From Octopus sinensis (Eukaryota): 64,000 bases of DNA. Location of the stretch: the NCBI RefSeq assembly GCF_006345805.1, contig NC_043001.1, positions 99,882,001 to 99,946,000 on the forward strand. The letters run 5' to 3'. The notes below the pieces were generated by a model. It was given only the letters and a program-made list of their open reading frames with translations. It was not told where the DNA came from and made no database searches. The position numbers were made by a program, and so were the translations under genes. Positions 63,571 to 64,000 of the stretch are shown one piece after another (the first letter of the stretch is position 1; every line of letters starts with the position of its first letter).

Positions 63571-64000
63571 GTGTGTGTGTGTGTGTGTGTATACGTATTC
63601 TCTCAAATGCTGGGACAACTCCATAGAAATAACCAATAGGTTTTGTTTTATAGGTAATGGGTGATGGAAACAGTAGAAAGTGTTCATCGAATTGAAGAAG
63701 ATCTTTGATGGGAAGCCGTGTAACGTAGTGGTTGTTCAGAAAAGTAGGCGTTGATAGTGTATGGTATTGCATAGCAGTAAAACATAGGGGTACAGAATGC
63801 ATCAGGCATGCAAAGATTAGAAAGAAAGGAGTCGAGTGCAGTCTAAGATGTGTAATGTTAGTATCGTTGAACAGTGGAGCTGGAAAAAAAATTAGTATAA
63901 ATTAAATGCTGTGTACATGAAAAACGACTAATCTGGTTGGGACATGAGCTATCAAAAAAATCCATGTAGAGGGAATGTGCAAAAGAAGCAAACGGCAAAA

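Noticed and set aside
63590-64000. CpG-containing complex segment at the window end, possibly a Penelope N-terminal region on the minus strand
   Set aside because: No diagnostic motif is readable and it is cut by the window edge, so it is left unassigned.

Overview
This is AT-rich, microsatellite-dense eukaryotic genomic DNA. Its repeat repertoire resembles a coleoid cephalopod (Octopus-like) genome, which is my inference rather than a database match: tRNA-derived SINEs, RTE-type tails ending in (GAT)n, and long (CA)n/(AT)n/(GA)n/(TAA)n tracts. It contains no intact long ORF, prokaryotic feature, RNA gene or CRISPR array. Most of the window is decayed transposable elements. The LINEs are RTE, CR1-like and R4/Dong-like, alongside Penelope-like elements and one Gypsy LTR fragment with LTR, PBS, gag, protease and the start of RT. 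The DNA transposons are Tc1/mariner and pogo/Tigger types plus a near-perfect MITE, and there are several SINE families. A few short plus-strand open segments with AG/GT borders may be exons of an unidentified host gene; these are low-confidence. The most unusual structures are: (1) a Penelope-like element bracketed by inverted terminal repeats carrying decayed hammerhead-like cores; (2) a ~545-bp non-coding element sitting inside a (TAA)n tract between R4/Dong fragments; (3) RTE copies with a PHD-like zinc finger inside the RT domain, one of which also has an in-frame 5x30-bp expansion; (4) an RTE copy with twin-priming-like inversion geometry; (5) a 68-bp tandem duplication that preserves splice-like signals. 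All alignments and translations were done by eye, and TE boundaries are approximate.
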